Virus record (IMG/VR): IMGVR_UViG_3300014039_000003
Coordinates: 64,001-93,027 of that record
Strand: one strand, 5' to 3'
DNA length: 29,027 bases
DNA from: a virus
This document shows, piece after piece, positions 25,306 through 29,027 of this stretch. The position numbers and the translations under genes were made by a program. Below the pieces are notes generated by a model, which was not told where the DNA came from, did not search any database, and saw only the letters and a list, made by a program, of their open reading frames with translations. The first letter of the stretch is position 1. Each line of letters starts with the position of its first letter.

Positions 25306-26889
25306 ATGTATTTTGAAAATGAAAATAAAAGGTTTATAGAAGAACACAATAGCTTTACCGCAGAGGTTGATTATTACACAGAGCAGGTTAAGAAGATTTT
25401 TGACACTATCGGTATAGACTATAATTACACGACAGGCGGGATAAGAACCAATGTTAGCGCGTGGCTCAATGAGAAGGAACCGGTATTTGAGCTTCTGCGG
25501 AAGCATCCTATGTGGAATGAAAAAGCAAAGGCAATTGTGTTTCTTAGAGATGAAATACGCTCGGCAGACATGGGTAAATTTATAGACGACCTTAAAAAAC
25601 TTGAGATGTACATCAACAAAAAGACGGGCGAATATGGAATTAATTATAATCCCATAGTAACCAGTGCTCTTGATGCAATTTCAGAAAGTGCGGCGAGGGA
25701 AATTAGCGAAGAAGAGGCTGAAAAGATAAACAAGATCGGTTACTACAAGGAAATTCGTTCCGGAATGAAACGAAGCCGTGTTATCAATAACATATTTAAA
25801 GAATACCCCGTTGGCGACGATTATAAATTCGATGCGACGGGGCTTGTTGACCCCCACGAAGACGGTGACAGAAATTATGACAGCTACAACAAGAGATTTG
25901 CTGTTGTTGCCGATGACACGAATCCGCTCAAGATTAAACGCATAACGGTTTTAAGTGCGAATATTTGTGATTTTCTTCTGATGTCAAACGGAAATTCGTG
26001 GAGCAGTTGTCACTTTATTAATAGCAGTGGTGCATATCAGGGATGCTATAAGGCGGGAACGCTGAGTTATGCTAACGACTGCACGAGTATGATTTTCTAT
26101 ACACTTCCGGAATCTTATACGGGCGACGAGTGGTTTATGGAAAAGAAAATTACTCGTCAGCTCTTCTTCTATCAGAACGGTCTGCTTTTACAGTCCCGTT
26201 TGTACCCGAAGGGTGGCGACTCAACCAGCGAAAATTATCGCGATTATAGAGCTGTTGTTCAGGATATTATGTCAACTTGTCTTGAAGTACCGAATCTGTG
26301 GAAGAAAGTAGATTGCGATTGGGACAAGCTTATAACGACCCACGACAATAGTTTTCACTACCGTGATTATTATGAGTTTCCCGATGAATGTGTTTTTACA
26401 TACAACAAGGAAATGGAGTCAAAAATCAATTCGGGTTTGTATATCGGTGGAGATTCTTATTGTGTCGATTGCGGCGACTTGATGAGCACTTATGACGACA
26501 AAGAGAGTGAGTTGCAGTGTGTTGACTGTTGTGAAGGAAATCGTTGTTCTCGTTGTGGTTGCTCGTTTGCCGATGAAGACAATCTGCACGAAATAGACGG
26601 AGAACTCTATTGTGAGGACTGTTGCTTCTGGTGTGAGGTTCATGAACAGTGGGAGATCAGGTATGGCTATAGGAGCGACGACTTCGAGCGAGATGTTTAT
26701 ATAGATGGGGAGTCTTACACGATGTGCGACGATGCTTTTGATGATAATGTGGTGTATTGCGAGAGGTGCGGCGAGTATGAGTGGGAAGACGAAGCTCATT
26801 TTGTGGATGACACTTGTATGTGTAGAAACTGCTATGAAGAATATATGAAAGAGAAAAACGAGGAGGAAAACGAAAATGAAGTTGCTTAA
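25306..26889 (+). CDS. Hypothetical phage protein with C-terminal multiple CxxC zinc-ribbon repeats
   Basis: MSNGNSWSSCH motif in the core. The C-terminus carries CVDC, CVDC, CSRC, CEDC, CEVH, CERC and CRNC. Confidence 0.75.
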   Translation: MYFENENKRFIEEHNSFTAEVDYYTEQVKKIFDTIGIDYNYTTGGIRTNVSAWLNEKEPVFELLRKHPMWNEKAKAIVFLRDEIRSADMGKFIDDLKKLEMYINKKTGEYGINYNPIVTSALDAISESAAREISEEEAEKINKIGYYKEIRSGMKRSRVINNIFKEYPVGDDYKFDATGLVDPHEDGDRNYDSYNKRFAVVADDTNPLKIKRITVLSANICDFLLMSNGNSWSSCHFINSSGAYQGCYKAGTLSYANDCTSMIFYTLPESYTGDEWFMEKKITRQLFFYQNGLLLQSRLYPKGGDSTSENYRDYRAVVQDIMSTCLEVPNLWKKVDCDWDKLITTHDNSFHYRDYYEFPDECVFTYNKEMESKINSGLYIGGDSYCVDCGDLMSTYDDKESELQCVDCCEGNRCSRCGCSFADEDNLHEIDGELYCEDCCFWCEVHEQWEIRYGYRSDDFERDVYIDGESYTMCDDAFDDNVVYCERCGEYEWEDEAHFVDDTCMCRNCYEEYMKEKNEEENENEVA

Positions 26890-27910
26890 CATATTTAAGT
26901 TCCCGCAGGACAAGCTCAAGGCGGCGTTGGTTTGTCATCTTAGGGATAAGGGGTATTCGCCGATAGTGAGAGACGGGTTCGTGTACGCCGAGGGTGAAAT
27001 CCCAGTTCTGCTTGTTGCTCATATGGACACGGTACATAAGCATACACCGGATATCATTTGTATGTCCGATGATAAAAGTATAATGATGTCTCCGTTCGGA
27101 ATAGGCGGAGACGACAGATGCGGAGTTGCGATGATTCTTGAAGTTATTAAGGATCTCCGGTGCCATGTACTTTTTACCGAGGATGAGGAAATCGGCGGTG
27201 TTGGAGCAGGAAAGTTTTGTAAAAGCGAAATTAAACCGGAAGTGAATTTCATTATTGAGTTTGATCGAGCAAACGAAAACGACGCGGTTTATTATCAGCT
27301 CGATAACGAGGTATTTGCTGAAACGGTAGAGAAGTATGGTTTTGTAAGAGACTATGGCTCTTATTCGGACATTGTAGATATAGCTCCTGAGCTGGGGTGT
27401 GCTGCGGTGAATTTGTCGTGTGGATATTACAACGCTCATACTCAGCACGAATTTGTTTCTATTCCTCAGATGTACGCGCAGGTAGAAAGAGCAAAAGAAC
27501 TTATAGCAAACGAAAGCGGGAACTTTTTTGAGTGGAAGGAAGCTAAATATAACAAAAATTGGTGCTATGGTAGCTATAGCGGATGGTGTGATGACGATTA
27601 TTTCGGACTTGAGAGTAAATCAAAATCGAAATTGAACTCGAAAAAAGAAGAGGGAATCGAATTTGGTATTGTGCGTAAAGAAGTTTCGCTTATACCCGAT
27701 GATGCTTATCTTCAATCATCAGACGGTGAGCGGATTGAAGTTGGCGAGGAGATAGACGATTTCTTTGTGGATGATTCGGGGACAGTTTATGTGTATGACC
27801 CCGATTACTTAATGGTGATTCCGTTATTTGAATACGCAGCGATAAGTGCGAGTGGGCTGCCGTGTAAAATGGACGCAGACCATAGTTTTATGGTTGATGT
27901 TGAATATTAA
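26876..27910 (+). CDS. M28/M20-clan zinc peptidase-like protein
   Basis: Metal-ligand motifs VAHMDTV, GGDDRCG, FTEDEEIG, FDR, YSDI and GYYNAHT. Confidence 0.8.
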   Translation: MKLLNIFKFPQDKLKAALVCHLRDKGYSPIVRDGFVYAEGEIPVLLVAHMDTVHKHTPDIICMSDDKSIMMSPFGIGGDDRCGVAMILEVIKDLRCHVLFTEDEEIGGVGAGKFCKSEIKPEVNFIIEFDRANENDAVYYQLDNEVFAETVEKYGFVRDYGSYSDIVDIAPELGCAAVNLSCGYYNAHTQHEFVSIPQMYAQVERAKELIANESGNFFEWKEAKYNKNWCYGSYSGWCDDDYFGLESKSKSKLNSKKEEGIEFGIVRKEVSLIPDDAYLQSSDGERIEVGEEIDDFFVDDSGTVYVYDPDYLMVIPLFEYAAISASGLPCKMDADHSFMVDVEY

Positions 27911-27928
27911 TTTAGAAAGGAAATCAAA

Positions 27929-28504
27929 ATGCCTAATCATGTAACAAATAGAATTAAATTTTTAGGGAATCAGGAAGGAATTGACAAGGTACTTCAGCTT
28001 ATCAAGGGCGATGACAAGTGTATCAGTTTTAACAAAATCATACCAATGCCCGATAACATTTATCGCGGCGATTTAGGTAAGCGAGAAATGGAGTTGTATG
28101 GATCAGCTAATTGGTATGACTGGCGTATTTCTCACTGGGGAACAAAATGGGATGCTTATAACTCGTCGTTCAATGAAAGTGATAATACACTGTGGTTTGA
28201 TACGGCGTGGAGTTGTCCTATACCCGTGCTCAATAAACTTGCAGAGATATGCTGCCAAAATGGAATCGAGTTCGAGGGAGAATGGGCTGATGAGGATTGC
28301 GGTTGTAATGTTGGTGTGTTTTGGAGCGTCAATCATGTAGACGAAGTTTATGATTTCTGCCATACATCTTTGGATGACATGACAGATGAAGCATATGACA
28401 TATATGTGAAGCTCAAGGGCAAGGATGAGTGTTTGGGCAAAGACGACGACGGACATTGGGTGCGTTACGATTGCGATACTTGTCCGAACAAAGACAAATG
28501 CTGA
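27929..28504 (+). CDS. DUF1281/YubB ferredoxin-like family protein
   Basis: MPNHVTN, WYDWRISHWGTKWD and FDTAWSCP signatures. Confidence 0.7.
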   Translation: MPNHVTNRIKFLGNQEGIDKVLQLIKGDDKCISFNKIIPMPDNIYRGDLGKREMELYGSANWYDWRISHWGTKWDAYNSSFNESDNTLWFDTAWSCPIPVLNKLAEICCQNGIEFEGEWADEDCGCNVGVFWSVNHVDEVYDFCHTSLDDMTDEAYDIYVKLKGKDECLGKDDDGHWVRYDCDTCPNKDKC

Positions 28505-28548
28505 AGCAAACGCTAAAACAAAAAGCAGAAAGGAATTGAAATTGAAAA

Positions 28549-29027
28549 ATGAAAACATATAAAGGCTTTGATAAGGATTTAAAGTGCAGAGGTTTCCAGT
28601 ATGAAATAGGTAAAGACTATGAGGAAGAAGAGGCGAGAGCTTGTGAAAAAGGATTTCACGCTTGCGAGAATCCTTTTGATGTATTTAATTATTACCCGCC
28701 GTGCGACGGAAATCGATATTGCGAGGTAGAGCAGGACGGAGAGCTTTCCAAACATGGCAATGATTCCAAAGTTGCTTCGACCAAAATAAAAATCGGTGTT
28801 GAGCTCGGACTTAAGGGACTTATACAAGCGGGTGTTTCGTTTATCCTCGACAGGGTCAACTGGAAAGACGATAAGGCAACGAACACAGGCGACCGTTCGG
28901 CGGCAACGAACACAGGCTACCAGTCGGCGGCAACGAACACAGGCTACCGTTCGGCGGCAACGAACACAGGCTACCAGTCGGCGGCAACGAACACAGGCTA
29001 CCAGTCGGCGGCAACGAACACAGGCTA
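28549..29027 (+). CDS. Conserved phage protein (YKGFDKDLKCRGFQY N-terminal family) with SAATNTG repeats; truncated by window end
   Basis: Hand translation MKTYKGFDKDLKCRGFQYEIGKDYEEEEARACEKGFHACENPFDVFNYY..., open to the window end. Confidence 0.75.
   Translation, partial: MKTYKGFDKDLKCRGFQYEIGKDYEEEEARACEKGFHACENPFDVFNYYPPCDGNRYCEVEQDGELSKHGNDSKVASTKIKIGVELGLKGLIQAGVSFILDRVNWKDDKATNTGDRSAATNTGYQSAATNTGYRSAATNTGYQSAATNTGYQSAATNTG
28876..29027 (+). repeat. 27-bp in-frame tandem repeat (ATNTG[D/Y][R/Q]SA), at least 5.6 copies
   Basis: GCAACGAACACAGGC-(GACCGT/TACCAG/TACCGT)-TCGGCG units start at 28876, 28903, 28930, 28957, 28984 and 29011. Confidence 0.95.

Noticed and set aside
19293-28913. 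Minus-strand ORFs across the right arm (e.g. 22052-22657, 26657-27448)
   Set aside because: They are antisense to a tightly packed plus-strand gene run with strong SDs.
28876-29027. CRISPR array
   Set aside because: It is an in-frame coding tandem repeat with no unique spacers.
1-29027. Stop-codon reassignment or a diversity-generating retroelement
   Set aside because: Genes are intact in the standard code, and no suppressor tRNA, reverse transcriptase or TR/VR pair was seen.

Overview
This is a segment of a large temperate Firmicutes (Clostridia-type) phage whose gene content resembles the Bacillus SPbeta group. It appears to be in its excised or free form, because an intact attP (tRNA-Asn 3' half with arm repeats on both sides) lies next to a tyrosine integrase. 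The left arm (1-~16.3 kb) is minus-strand. In transcription order it carries a helicase-like protein, a Bro-N/KilA-C antirepressor, glyA, a YonO-like single-subunit two-barrel RNA polymerase, a phosphoesterase, HU, xis/int, attP, four tRNAs interleaved with structured non-coding segments, a Zn-finger protein, the terminase large subunit and a portal gene (truncated by the window). The centre (16.3-19.3 kb) is largely non-coding, with an origin-like hairpin field, two tandem Xre regulators and face-to-face sigma-A promoters. The right arm (19.3 kb to the end) is plus-strand: a run of small early-type genes with a shared leader motif, plus ParB-like, M28 peptidase-like, DUF1281/YubB-like and repeat-containing genes. 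Three signals stand out. (1) About ten different palindromes are packed into ~340 bp upstream of the antirepressor, each resembling the palindromic variable segment found inside antirepressor coding sequences. (2) The RNA between the tRNAs is rich in hairpin-flanked anti-Shine-Dalgarno (UCCUU) tracts. (3) Key genes appear to start at ATA/ATC, alongside an atypical initiator tRNA. All family assignments come from motif recognition by eye; no database searches were run.
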